A DNA stretch of 64,000 nucleotides from Paraprevotella sp. (GTDB lineage: Bacteria; Bacteroidota; Bacteroidia; Bacteroidales; Bacteroidaceae). The position numbers and the translations under genes are program-made. The stretch lies in contig JAGBCQ010000011.1 of the NCBI GenBank assembly GCA_017937925.1, forward strand, positions 5,729-69,728. Direction: 5' to 3'. Positions within the stretch are counted from its first letter, which is position 1; each line of letters begins with the position of its first letter. The notes under the pieces are model-generated. The model did not search any database. It saw only the letters and a list, made by a program, of their open reading frames with translations, and was not told the origin of the DNA. Below, piece by piece: positions 40,980-51,104 of the stretch.

Positions 40980-41583
40980 ATATACGCATCCAATCTTCCG
41001 ATTTCACCGAATGGAAGGTTTTAATTCCCACTTCCGATGCAGCGTCGCAATTGTCTTTAGAATCATCCACAAACAAGGTTTCGCCTGCCTCCAAACCAGC
41101 ATCGTCCAATACATAGTTGAATATCCTTAAATCAGGTTTTGACAAATGCAACTCATGGGACAAATAAATCTTCTTGAAGGGCTCAGACATCTTTATATCC
41201 GAAGACGCAAGCAGTTCCTTACACGCATAATCCCAATGAATCTCGTTGGTATTGCTGAGCATATACACATCGTATCGGGTGGCCAATGAACGAATGAACT
41301 GAAGGCGCCTTGTCGGTATTTCAATCAGCATACTGCTCCACGCTCTTTTTATAGCGTTGTCCGAACAGTCTAAACGCATCTCCTCGCGAACTTGCTTGCA
41401 AAACTCCTCTACCGATATATTCCCATTCTCCAGTTCACTAAAGAAGCCTCCTTGCACATATCTGCCTATATAAGGGATAGCGTCAAAGCCCAATTCCTTA
41501 AAAGCATCAATAGTAGCTTGCTTGTTCAAATCGACTATTATTCCGCCGAAGTCAAATATAACATTCTTTATTCCCTGTATCAT
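40966..41583 (-). CDS. HAD-family phosphatase
   Basis: FDFGG, LSNTN, KPD and FVDD motifs. Confidence 0.93.
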   Translation of the reverse strand: MIQGIKNVIFDFGGIIVDLNKQATIDAFKELGFDAIPYIGRYVQGGFFSELENGNISVEEFCKQVREEMRLDCSDNAIKRAWSSMLIEIPTRRLQFIRSLATRYDVYMLSNTNEIHWDYACKELLASSDIKMSEPFKKIYLSHELHLSKPDLRIFNYVLDDAGLEAGETLFVDDSKDNCDAASEVGIKTFHSVKSEDWMRIFDKE

Positions 41584-41592
41584 GATTTTAGA

Positions 41593-44208
41593 CTATCCCT
41601 TCTCTTTTATCCTTATATAGAAACGAATGATCTCACCTACCCATAGAACGAGCGATGAAACAGCCAATAATAGTAACCAATCGGTATATGGTAAAGGTTG
41701 TGTGCGGAACACCGCACCACCGAATTCAACAATCAACCACTGACCAATCAAAATAAATGCTAAAACCATGAGTACACCCTTACATTTTTTGAGTCCATGG
41801 AAAGCGGACTCTGACGTTCCATATGTCTTCGCGTTCAACAAATTCCAGAACTGTAAAAGGACAAAGAAAGTAAAAAACATGGTCAACTGACGTATATCCA
41901 TCTCCCCTGACGTATGACGTATATACATGGTGATACCTAACAAACAAACTACGAAAGCCGTTCCATATCCCAATATTGATTTCCATATCGGACGGGTTAT
42001 GATAAATTGACCAATAGGTCGAGGTGGTTCGTTCATAACTTTAGGATTGGCAGGCAAAGAGGCCAAAGCCAACGCTGCAAACGTATCCATAATAATATTG
42101 ACCCACAACATCTGTGTTACGGTCAATGGTAAAGCAGTCCCAACAAAAGCACCTATCAAGACTATCAACAATGCCGTAAAGTTGATAGTCAACTGAAACA
42201 TTACAAAACGTTGTATGTTTTTATACAATGAACGCCCCCACATGACAGCGGTTACTATACTACGGAATGAATCATCAAGCAAAGTTATATCGCTGGCTTC
42301 TTTAGCAACAGATGTTCCCGAACCCATAGACAAACCCACTTGTGCAAAGTTTAACGCCGGTGCATCATTCGTTCCATCGCCTGTTACAGCCACAACTTCT
42401 CCCTGTGACTGCAATAACTTCACCAATCGTTGTTTATCCAATGGACGCGCACGACTCATTACTTTCAAATTAGCAATACGCTTTAATGCCTCCTCATCAC
42501 TTAATGAAGCGAAATCAACTCCCTTCATGCAATTATCGTCCGTATCGTCAGCTCCCCACAATCCTATTTGGCGCGCGATTTCAACGGCTGTACCTGTACT
42601 GTCTCCCGTTACAACCTTTATTTTTACACCGGCTTTCAAACTGTTTTTCACCGCTTCGGGCACCTCTTCACGCACCGGGTCGCTGATGGCAGCCAGACCT
42701 AATAATCTCAAGCCTCCACTATTCACTAGTTCTACCATATCGTCTGTCTGCTCCTCAACTTCCTTATATGCCATCAATAAAGTGCGTTGCGCATGAGCTT
42801 GCCAATTTTGTAACTGAGACTGATATGTTGCCATTTGCTCCTTTGTCAATCCTGTGCAAAGTTCCAAAAGAATTTCCGGGGCACCCTTTACATAAAGAAC
42901 CTTTTTACCGAGAACTGACGACTCAAGGATGGTTACCATATATTTGCGCTCGCTTGCAAATGGTAAACGGGCTACTTGCACGACATTTTGCCTAACCTGC
43001 ATATAATCACAACCCTCAGACTGCATCCATAAGAGCAAAGCCACTTCTGTCGGATTACCCAAACCCTCTGTACGTTCCTCGTTTAGAAATGCGGTGGTAT
43101 TTCCTGAAATAGCTTCAAACAACAATCCCTTGTCGTCCCCATTGGTCAGCATCTCTGATACGGTCATCCTATTCTGCGTCAATGTTCCCGTCTTATCGGT
43201 ACAAATAACCGTTATCGCACCCATCGTCTCACAAGCATGCATCTTACGTACCAAATTGTTCGTTTTCAACATCCGACGCATATTCAAAGCCAAACTCAAT
43301 GTAACAGCCATTGGCAGACCTTCCGGCACAGCCATCACGATAAATGTAACGGCCATCATGAAATTGTCTAATATTATTTTACCGACATGGATATACTCTG
43401 CACTGCCCCACATTTGTACTTGTGCTACATAGTTTACCAACCCATGTACTGTAAAAATCACGAATGCAAGAAACGCCACCGTATAGCCAACCTTGCTAAT
43501 CATCCCTGCCAAACGTTCCAATTGCTTGTCTAGTGGTGTTTGCTCTCCCGTTAATACGGTCGCTTCCCGTGCCACCTGACCTATTTCCGTCATATCGCCG
43601 ACAGCCATGACTCTTGCCGTCGCACTTCCTTCAACAATCGTTGTTCCTCTCATCAGTTTATTGCTGGCATAAGGCGCATTCTCATCAAAATCATCGGGAT
43701 TTGTCGTTTTACGTGCCACCGGTTCACCCGTGAGGTTTGACTCATTCACTTGTAAACTTTCCGCAACAATAAGTTCTGCATCAGCAGGAATTTCGTCACC
43801 GGTCTCTAAAAGAATCACATCGCCAACGACTAAATCCTTACGACTGACTTCACGTACCTGTCCACAACGTATTACTCTTACAGTTGATTCACTCCCCAAA
43901 GCATTCAGTACATCAAACTTGCAAGCAGCATCATATTCAAAATAAAATCCTATACCTGTTGCCAAGAATACCGCAAATACGATTCCGATGGTTTCTGCAA
44001 AGTCCTTCTCAACAAACGCAACTATAAAAGAGAAAAATGCAGCAACTAATAATATACGAATAACGGGGTCTTGAAACTTTTCGAGATACAAACGCCACAT
44101 CGACGGGCGTTTCGGTGGAGTCAACTCGTTTGCACCATATTTAGAACGACTTTCTTCCACTTGCTTTTCATCAAGACCTAACCTCAGCAAATCATCCTCT
44201 TTATCCAT
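41593..44208 (-). CDS. Calcium-translocating P-type ATPase
   Basis: TGE, PEGL, DKTGT, KGAPE, TGDGTND and QMLWVNIIMD motifs. Confidence 0.95.
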   Translation of the reverse strand: MDKEDDLLRLGLDEKQVEESRSKYGANELTPPKRPSMWRLYLEKFQDPVIRILLVAAFFSFIVAFVEKDFAETIGIVFAVFLATGIGFYFEYDAACKFDVLNALGSESTVRVIRCGQVREVSRKDLVVGDVILLETGDEIPADAELIVAESLQVNESNLTGEPVARKTTNPDDFDENAPYASNKLMRGTTIVEGSATARVMAVGDMTEIGQVAREATVLTGEQTPLDKQLERLAGMISKVGYTVAFLAFVIFTVHGLVNYVAQVQMWGSAEYIHVGKIILDNFMMAVTFIVMAVPEGLPMAVTLSLALNMRRMLKTNNLVRKMHACETMGAITVICTDKTGTLTQNRMTVSEMLTNGDDKGLLFEAISGNTTAFLNEERTEGLGNPTEVALLLWMQSEGCDYMQVRQNVVQVARLPFASERKYMVTILESSVLGKKVLYVKGAPEILLELCTGLTKEQMATYQSQLQNWQAHAQRTLLMAYKEVEEQTDDMVELVNSGGLRLLGLAAISDPVREEVPEAVKNSLKAGVKIKVVTGDSTGTAVEIARQIGLWGADDTDDNCMKGVDFASLSDEEALKRIANLKVMSRARPLDKQRLVKLLQSQGEVVAVTGDGTNDAPALNFAQVGLSMGSGTSVAKEASDITLLDDSFRSIVTAVMWGRSLYKNIQRFVMFQLTINFTALLIVLIGAFVGTALPLTVTQMLWVNIIMDTFAALALASLPANPKVMNEPPRPIGQFIITRPIWKSILGYGTAFVVCLLGITMYIRHTSGEMDIRQLTMFFTFFVLLQFWNLLNAKTYGTSESAFHGLKKCKGVLMVLAFILIGQWLIVEFGGAVFRTQPLPYTDWLLLLAVSSLVLWVGEIIRFYIRIKEKG

Positions 44209-44360
44209 TTCCCTTTCTTTTTATATCATGCGAAGTTACAACTGTTTACTCAATAGTAAAAGCATTTTCCGCTTTATTATACTATTTTTAGGAACTTTTG
44301 TTTGGACGTCTCAAAAAAACGTATTACTTTTGCACTGCAATTTCGGAAACGGGATATGCA

Positions 44361-44434
44361 GGACTTGTAGCTCAGTTGGTTAGAGCAACAGACTCATAAT
44401 CTGGAGGTCCCTGGTTCAAGCCCAGGCTGGTCCA
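44361..44434 (+). tRNA. tRNA with CAT anticodon (probably Ile2/lysidine type; elongator Met not excluded)
   Basis: Cloverleaf with CTCATAA anticodon loop and GTTCAA T-loop; paired 1:72 and no three G-C anticodon-stem pairs, so not fMet; TACTTTTG promoter just upstream. Confidence 0.93.
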
Positions 44435-44645
44435 CACTAAAAATCAGCAACTTAGAAGAAATTCGAGTTGCTGATTTTTCTTTTCGGGAAAACAATGGGA
44501 AAATACAGCGATTTTGAAAACTCCATGATTTTTTGATAAACTTGGCATCATATCAGCCTAAGTAAGACATGTAAATAAGGTTTCTCAGAGTATCAGAATT
44601 GTGATGGGAAAACAGTTGGGGAAACAAGATTTAGACAGTTTTTCC
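44435..44645. mobile_element. Putative attachment end of a tRNA-integrated element (14-bp hairpin plus arm-type repeats); no integrase in window
   Basis: AAAAATCAGCAACT/AGTTGCTGATTTTT at 44439-44479; GGGAAAACA-like copies at 44486, 44497, 44606, 44618. Confidence 0.5.
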
Positions 44646-44747
44646 TTTCAAGCAGACATTTTCATTCGTATCTTGGGACGTTTCCGGAACGTAAATTCCT
44701 CAATATGATAATCCTTCATTAATCGGTACAATGCAAAAGCCGCATGA

Positions 44748-45305
44748 TTCATCTTAGAGTTATGCGGCTATCTTCGTAAAAGCGACCTGTCCCACAAGGC
44801 TGAGATACAGATGCTCATCACCCTTGCAGAGGCGCATGGTATCAAGATGACCTACAATGAAAAAGACGGCGAAGTGACTGTTGAACGAGTTGAAGGTTTA
44901 TCTCGGCGGCCCGAAGGAGAAAGTCAACCTGTAAAGGAGTCCGACCAGGCGCAACAATCTTTCGCCCAGATACAGAGAACGCCAAATCAACCGCCTAACC
45001 AGTCAGACATTGATTACATCAGGTTGGCTAATGCTCTGAAGGAGCATGTAGAGACGGCTCTGCAAAATGCAGTGGAAAGCTCACCCGTCCATATTCAGGT
45101 TGCGTTCAACAGCTCCGCTCACATGGTGAATAACCAAACCGCCATGACACTTGCCCGAGAAGAGTGGAGTAAGTGGATGAAGGATGTTGGCAATAAAACC
45201 TTATCAGGATTAGCCAATGCTCCTGCCGTTGTCAACCCTTCAGCAATAACCTTTAGCAATGATACCGCATATAAGGTGCCAGAATATTATACAGTTTTCT
45301 ATTAG
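44748..45305 (+). pseudogene. Probable 5'-truncated gene fragment, function unknown
   Basis: Frame open from 44748 upstream of ATG 44811; no -7 promoter seen; no recognisable motif. Confidence 0.4.
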
Positions 45306-45421
45306 GATGAAGACCTGAAAAAGAATCTTCTCTCTTAGGTAATACTTGGATTATTTACGATGTTCCTTTTCCAAAAACACCATCACCTCATTATACCTTG
45401 TCAACCATCTCTCTTCCGGCA

Positions 45422-48400
45422 TTATACTCGTCCCTTTATAATCTCAACTATCGACCTGAACTGCGTTGCACACAGGGAATCCAGATTCTCTGCATTCGTC
45501 CAGTCGATATAATCCTTGATGGCATCTATCTTGTCATAGATGGTCTCTATCACCTTTAATCTATCCGCCTCTGGCTTGGCCTTTTTAGGATCAATGGCAT
45601 TAAGTCTCCTCACCATTTCTTCCTGCTCATCCTTCTTCCCTTTCCAGTACCCAACTAGATCAGTATAGAACAACGGACAGCGAATTGTATCGTCCATCAC
45701 AACAGGCAATATACATTCCTTATAATGCTCATTTTCAAGGATTCCCGTCAACTCATACATGCAGTTATGAGAGTACAAATAGGGCCTACTCAGAACTACG
45801 ATTACCATCTTTCCGGCTCTGATAGCATTCATGAAATTCAAGATATTTTCGTTATAAAGACAGTCTTTTTTATCACGCTTGTATGAAATACCGTGCGTAT
45901 CCAGAACATAACATAGGTAATCTACCGTGTGCTGCGAATTACTCTCCCAATTGTACGAAATATAGAGAATATCCTCTACATTGTCAGTTCCATGTGCGGA
46001 ATCCTCACCGCCTTCATGCTCGTTATTTATATCATTAACATCTTTCTCTAAAAGATCCATAACAGACTGTATATCACGGATTCCAGGATAAGACGCATAA
46101 AATTTGTCTTCAAAAGCGATGATATAGCGGTTAAGATACTTAAATTCTTCTCCTCTTTTTGTTAGGTCTTTCAGATACTGCTTGACTTCCTTCAGTGCAT
46201 CCTCGCTCAATAAAGCTATTTGCTCCAGGGATGTAATAATGCTATTTGATGTATGAATACCGTCAATCTTATGTTCTTGACAGTACTTTACAAAATAGCA
46301 CAACGACGGTATGGCGTTCGGCGTCGCATAGTTAAAGATGAAATCCTCACCATGATCCATCATATCAGGATGCCGTACCAGATAGTCAAGTCCGTCCAGA
46401 CTTCCCATACTTATCAGCAACCTTACCGCCCTGTTCAAGTCATAGCCAGTATAGTTTTTAAACTCTGGCTCCAGTTCTTGTCTTACCCAGCCATCATCAC
46501 CTAAGTTTCTGTGGATAGACGTATAGCAGAACACTTTATCCGAAATACTCATACTCTGACTAGCCGCTTTTATCTCGTCTATCATCAACTTCCCCTTGAT
46601 TAACATTTCCAGAATATTTGCTGATAGGTTATGGGAAGATAGGGCAAACCTCAGGGCTTCTTTGTATCCTTCGCTTATGTGATTCTCAACAATATAATTG
46701 GCATAATCGTAAGGTTTGTTGCTCCTCGCATTACCCGACAATCCCTTTAGTTCCTTGACAACCTCCGAAGCCAATGTCTCTACAGGTACTCTCTCTGAGA
46801 TATACTTGAACAGCGTGTACTCTGTATTAAAATAGTGATCTTTGTCTTTCCTTGATATACTTAAGTCCGAATAATCCAGAAGCCCTATAAGTATTTCTTG
46901 GGACACTTCAAAATACTCATGCAAAAGCATTGAGACAGCTACTTTCGAGAAATAGTAGGGTTGCTCTCCCCGGCTTACTTTCTCCACCGTCCTTTTTGCT
47001 GTTGCCAGGCAGCGATTCTTCATCTCATCGGTTACGGTCAAGTCTTCATTAGGATTCAACATCAGTTCTTCGATCTCCTTCATGAAGAATCCATCGTACA
47101 CCTCTTTGTTCTTGATGCCTTTTATGATTCCCTCTTTATCGTACTGGTTGTTATCATTGGCATACTGCAAGATGAATCTGTAGGCATACTGATTATAACC
47201 ATCCTCCTGCTGCCGCAGGTAATTCCAATGCTCTCTGCGGGTTTCAAACTTGTCAAGACTTCCCACCATCTCCAGCACTTCTTGCTTGAAGACAGAATAA
47301 TTCATAAAATCGCTGAAGCAAGTCCGTAGTCGTTCCTTCCTCTTATGAAAGCGACTGTTGGCAGGAACCAACTCCTTGTAAAGGCCATTAGCATATTCAG
47401 CAACTTCTTCACATGGCATTTCATCATACCATGAAGCCTGTGCACGATGATGCTCATTACCTTTCTCAAAATGACTAAAGTCTTCTTTTATATCATCCAC
47501 CGTCATCCATAAGGCAGCCATAAAGAAAACCTTTCGGATGTTGTCGCGCTCTAACTCTTTAGGGTCTTGTTCAATAAATATCAGCTGGCACTTCTTGTAG
47601 AACTGCTCTCTTCCTCTTTCCCTTAAGTCCGCATCCAAGTAGGCCTTGCGTATAAGTGCTAACAGTTCTTGGGAATGTTCCTCCCAGTCAAAGTGATAAT
47701 GGTATTCTTTGAATAGCCTTATATAGTAATCTTCCAATAGGGGTACTAACTCTTGGTGACCGTTTCTGATGGAAGAAGCCAAAATGTTGAGCGCATTGCT
47801 CATCATCTGGTTATACTCTTCCCATTCGTCGCGGTAAAAGCTATGTGGATTATAGAATTGATGTGATATAATCTTCTTGACGCTATCTTCCGTTTTTACT
47901 TTACTGAGTGCATTGTAAACAACAGTTCTCGATACAATATGCGTGGTTATCCCCTCCTGCTGGTTGTGAACATGCTTTTCCTTGTCCAGAATATAATCTA
48001 CATAGCCATCAACCCTTTCTGCAACATCTATCAGCCTGATCATCGAGCGGATTGCCTCGTAATGATTGGAAGTGCTGACTATCGCAAAGAAACGTTCCAG
48101 ATATTCTTGTTGGGCAAAGAAATTATTGTCCATATATAAAAAGGATAGGTCGTGCTTCTTCTTATATGCCAACGCCTCTCGTGTTTTTTGCTCCAGCGTT
48201 TTGAAAAGTTCCTCGGTCAGTTCCTTACTCTCATATTGCAACCACGTCCAGTTTAGGAAATAACAGAGGCACATCAGGTCTGAATAATAGACCGTTCCTA
48301 TTTCAGAGTCATGCAATTCATCAATGATGAAACGTATCGACTCCTGACTCTTGGCGAATTCTATCAGATTCTTGTAGTCCTGAGTAAGAATGCTAGCCAT

Positions 48401-50044
48401 CCGAATACCCAACGATTTGTATTCAAGCATCAATCCTTTGAATACATCGCACCGGGTCACCGCACTCAGCATGTCGCGGTCAATATAGATAATCAGTTCC
48501 AGACTGGCAGTGCGTAGCCATTTTATAATCTCTTGTATGTCATTCTCTTCTCCCCTTCCATACATAGAGACCCACAGCATAATGATATTATACCATTCAG
48601 CCTTTATCCTTCCCGTGGGTTGTGCCGCAAGTTGCTTCGCCCGGCCAATGCCCTCTCTTTTAAGGTAATTGGCTACGAGCCATTCGCGGAAGGCATTATG
48701 CTTGAAGGAGTATCTGCCATCTTCGCAGCGTATCAAGTCATATCTCAGGCATTCCGTAACATTATCTGGATTATTATCCAGGCATATCAGCAGTTCTTCA
48801 TTGCTCAGTGTCTGCACATTCAGCAACGATAATCCCAATGCTATTTTTTCAAGCAACTTAACGGAATTATCAAAAGAATGCCTTACTGCCAACTTAACCC
48901 TTTTGCTTTCCTTCTCTTCATCATAACTCTTTTCTATAAACAGTCGGTAAATCTCAGCCTTGTTTTTAGGCAACTGTTTATTATTGTCTTTATATGCTCC
49001 TATCAACACGTTCAGGAAGAATGGATTCCTGACAAAATCGGTCAGTTCGTTCTCGTTAATCATGTCGACCAACCCGTTACCAGGTCCAAGCATATGGTTA
49101 ATATGCTCATTGGCATCTCCATAGCTCAACTCTTCCAAGAAAAGGTCACAAAATTGTTCCAACTCCTTTTCCCTTCTGTAATTGCTCCTGCAGGAGAGCA
49201 CCATCTTCATATCTGGATGGTCGTAGGCATACCCGTTGATTTCCTCAATAAGGTCATCATACTTCTGCCCATTCACCTCGTCAAGGGCATCTATCACCAC
49301 CACGATTTCCTTTCCTTCCTCAAACTTGGCTAATGGAAGTTCTGTCCTTTTCAGCTTGGTGTTATTACGCACTTCCAGCATTATGGGCAGATAGAGTCCG
49401 CTTTCCTGCAATTCCCAGCAAAGTTGCTTCAGTTCCGTCGTTTTTCCAGTCTGAGCACTGCTGTAAATAATGAACTTATTGGCAGGTGCCTCTACAAGGC
49501 CAGTAACAAATTCTGCCAGACAATGTCTTTCTCTCAGTTTCAGGGCATAGTAGATAAAACTGTCCTGCGTATTCTCCAGTGAGCAATACCGTCTGATATA
49601 TCCTTCTACAGTTTTGTGCTTGGGCAAACCTCTCCAACGATGATTCTCATTAGCAGGGATATTCGACTGAATCAAGGCGCAGAGATTATCTACTTTTTCC
49701 CCCACCTTCTTGATAGCCTGCTCTTGTATAAAGTGAGCACAATCCTCGTCTTTGCGCAGTTCGTCAGCCCATAAGCTAACAAGAATCCTGATGGCAGCAG
49801 CATCCTCTTCATTGTTCCTTCCTGCCACTTCGGACAACTCTTGGAGGGTTGAGTATCTTTGCTGCGCAATCCGTTGTCTCAAGGCATCGTCAGCGCTCCA
49901 TTTCTCCAATGCCCTCTGGTAGCAATGAATAATCTTCTCCTGCAACAACAAATCTTCCCCAAACGAAAGCATTTGCTTTAAGGATGGGATGTTACCTGCT
50001 ATATAGGAAGTAACGAAACCCACAAAAATGTCAAGGCCTGTCAT
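45422..50044 (-). CDS. NACHT/STAND NTPase with long helical region and C-terminal TIR domain (NLR-like defence protein)
   Basis: Walker A SSAQTGKT, Walker B VVIDALDE, LSCR, NPFFL and FKHNAFREW motifs; C-terminal YISYNW...VIVVLSRPYLYSHNCMYEL...ILPVV. Confidence 0.85.
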   Translation of the reverse strand: MTGLDIFVGFVTSYIAGNIPSLKQMLSFGEDLLLQEKIIHCYQRALEKWSADDALRQRIAQQRYSTLQELSEVAGRNNEEDAAAIRILVSLWADELRKDEDCAHFIQEQAIKKVGEKVDNLCALIQSNIPANENHRWRGLPKHKTVEGYIRRYCSLENTQDSFIYYALKLRERHCLAEFVTGLVEAPANKFIIYSSAQTGKTTELKQLCWELQESGLYLPIMLEVRNNTKLKRTELPLAKFEEGKEIVVVIDALDEVNGQKYDDLIEEINGYAYDHPDMKMVLSCRSNYRREKELEQFCDLFLEELSYGDANEHINHMLGPGNGLVDMINENELTDFVRNPFFLNVLIGAYKDNNKQLPKNKAEIYRLFIEKSYDEEKESKRVKLAVRHSFDNSVKLLEKIALGLSLLNVQTLSNEELLICLDNNPDNVTECLRYDLIRCEDGRYSFKHNAFREWLVANYLKREGIGRAKQLAAQPTGRIKAEWYNIIMLWVSMYGRGEENDIQEIIKWLRTASLELIIYIDRDMLSAVTRCDVFKGLMLEYKSLGIRMASILTQDYKNLIEFAKSQESIRFIIDELHDSEIGTVYYSDLMCLCYFLNWTWLQYESKELTEELFKTLEQKTREALAYKKKHDLSFLYMDNNFFAQQEYLERFFAIVSTSNHYEAIRSMIRLIDVAERVDGYVDYILDKEKHVHNQQEGITTHIVSRTVVYNALSKVKTEDSVKKIISHQFYNPHSFYRDEWEEYNQMMSNALNILASSIRNGHQELVPLLEDYYIRLFKEYHYHFDWEEHSQELLALIRKAYLDADLRERGREQFYKKCQLIFIEQDPKELERDNIRKVFFMAALWMTVDDIKEDFSHFEKGNEHHRAQASWYDEMPCEEVAEYANGLYKELVPANSRFHKRKERLRTCFSDFMNYSVFKQEVLEMVGSLDKFETRREHWNYLRQQEDGYNQYAYRFILQYANDNNQYDKEGIIKGIKNKEVYDGFFMKEIEELMLNPNEDLTVTDEMKNRCLATAKRTVEKVSRGEQPYYFSKVAVSMLLHEYFEVSQEILIGLLDYSDLSISRKDKDHYFNTEYTLFKYISERVPVETLASEVVKELKGLSGNARSNKPYDYANYIVENHISEGYKEALRFALSSHNLSANILEMLIKGKLMIDEIKAASQSMSISDKVFCYTSIHRNLGDDGWVRQELEPEFKNYTGYDLNRAVRLLISMGSLDGLDYLVRHPDMMDHGEDFIFNYATPNAIPSLCYFVKYCQEHKIDGIHTSNSIITSLEQIALLSEDALKEVKQYLKDLTKRGEEFKYLNRYIIAFEDKFYASYPGIRDIQSVMDLLEKDVNDINNEHEGGEDSAHGTDNVEDILYISYNWESNSQHTVDYLCYVLDTHGISYKRDKKDCLYNENILNFMNAIRAGKMVIVVLSRPYLYSHNCMYELTGILENEHYKECILPVVMDDTIRCPLFYTDLVGYWKGKKDEQEEMVRRLNAIDPKKAKPEADRLKVIETIYDKIDAIKDYIDWTNAENLDSLCATQFRSIVEIIKGRV

Positions 50045-50050
50045 CTTGTT

Positions 50051-51085
50051 CTATAATTCAACTGGCAGGTAAAACTGCCCACAGTTTTTAATAGGTTCAA
50101 TATTCACTATTCTATCCGAAGGCAGCACAGCGTGGATAGCTTGTATAACAGCATCAGGGTTGATGTCCTGTACATACACTTTCTTCAAATTGGGCATTCC
50201 GCTAAAAATAGCCCTATCAGTAACCCTGTTAAAGAACGGGAATGAATAACCAATTACAACTACTATTTCAGTATCGTTTGTAGTTTGAGTTAAGGTTGAC
50301 TTGATTTTCTCATTATTAGTCGAATTTTCCCAAGCAAACGACAGATGCGTTTTGAAATCTAATCCAATTCCCGATGTATCCACTTGTGAATCGTGATAGA
50401 ATTCTATTACCTGTAGTGCCGTAGGCATATTCTTTTCATCATCTTTGATATACTGAATGGTTGACTTATCCTCAAACGTCGCAGACCCGTTGATTTTGAT
50501 AATTACACCATGGTTTGGCGGTTGTGGCCATTCTCCTTGAATGTTCTTTTCATATAAAGGCAGTTTACTGTTGTGATTATAAGCCCTGTAAGCATTCTCT
50601 ATCTGAGAGTCATAGTTCCAGGATACAATACTGATATCTTTGGGTAACATCAAGTTCCCCTCTTCAAGTACATTTGCCAGAAAAGTATCGTATCTGGCAT
50701 CAGGTTTGTAAACCAGTTGCGCCCATACGAAGAAAGCGCACAAGACGGATTTTAGTTTTTTGAACTCGCGCTCCCTGCCTGTCAAATAGAGTTTACGTGC
50801 ATATGTATCAATTGTGGCGTGTTCTTGAATTCCCTTGATGAGTTGATCAATATCATAGAGCATGTCACGTCTCTCTGATTCTATATTGGATGCAGACTGC
50901 CTATAAGTGTTTTGAAATACCATCTCGCAATCAGAAGGTATCACAGCCGTCTCTATATAGCCCCTAAATAAAGCGAACTGCTCCGGTATCTCCGACACAA
51001 CGGGAATACCTTCAATAATTCTCTTATCCTCATCTCTTCTGCCATAACTGGCTCCTGCACCAAGGTAATATATTGTTCTACTCAT
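50051..51085 (-). CDS. Stand-alone SIR2-like protein
   Basis: YLGAGAS, SWNYD, IKINGS and VVIGYSF motifs. Confidence 0.8.
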   Translation of the reverse strand: MSRTIYYLGAGASYGRRDEDKRIIEGIPVVSEIPEQFALFRGYIETAVIPSDCEMVFQNTYRQSASNIESERRDMLYDIDQLIKGIQEHATIDTYARKLYLTGREREFKKLKSVLCAFFVWAQLVYKPDARYDTFLANVLEEGNLMLPKDISIVSWNYDSQIENAYRAYNHNSKLPLYEKNIQGEWPQPPNHGVIIKINGSATFEDKSTIQYIKDDEKNMPTALQVIEFYHDSQVDTSGIGLDFKTHLSFAWENSTNNEKIKSTLTQTTNDTEIVVVIGYSFPFFNRVTDRAIFSGMPNLKKVYVQDINPDAVIQAIHAVLPSDRIVNIEPIKNCGQFYLPVEL

Positions 51086-51104
51086 TTTATATTTCTTACG
51101 TTAT

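Noticed and set aside
45422-51085. Canonical Thoeris (ThsA/ThsB) call
   Set aside because: SIR2 lacks a SLOG domain and the TIR is fused to a 1540-aa NACHT protein
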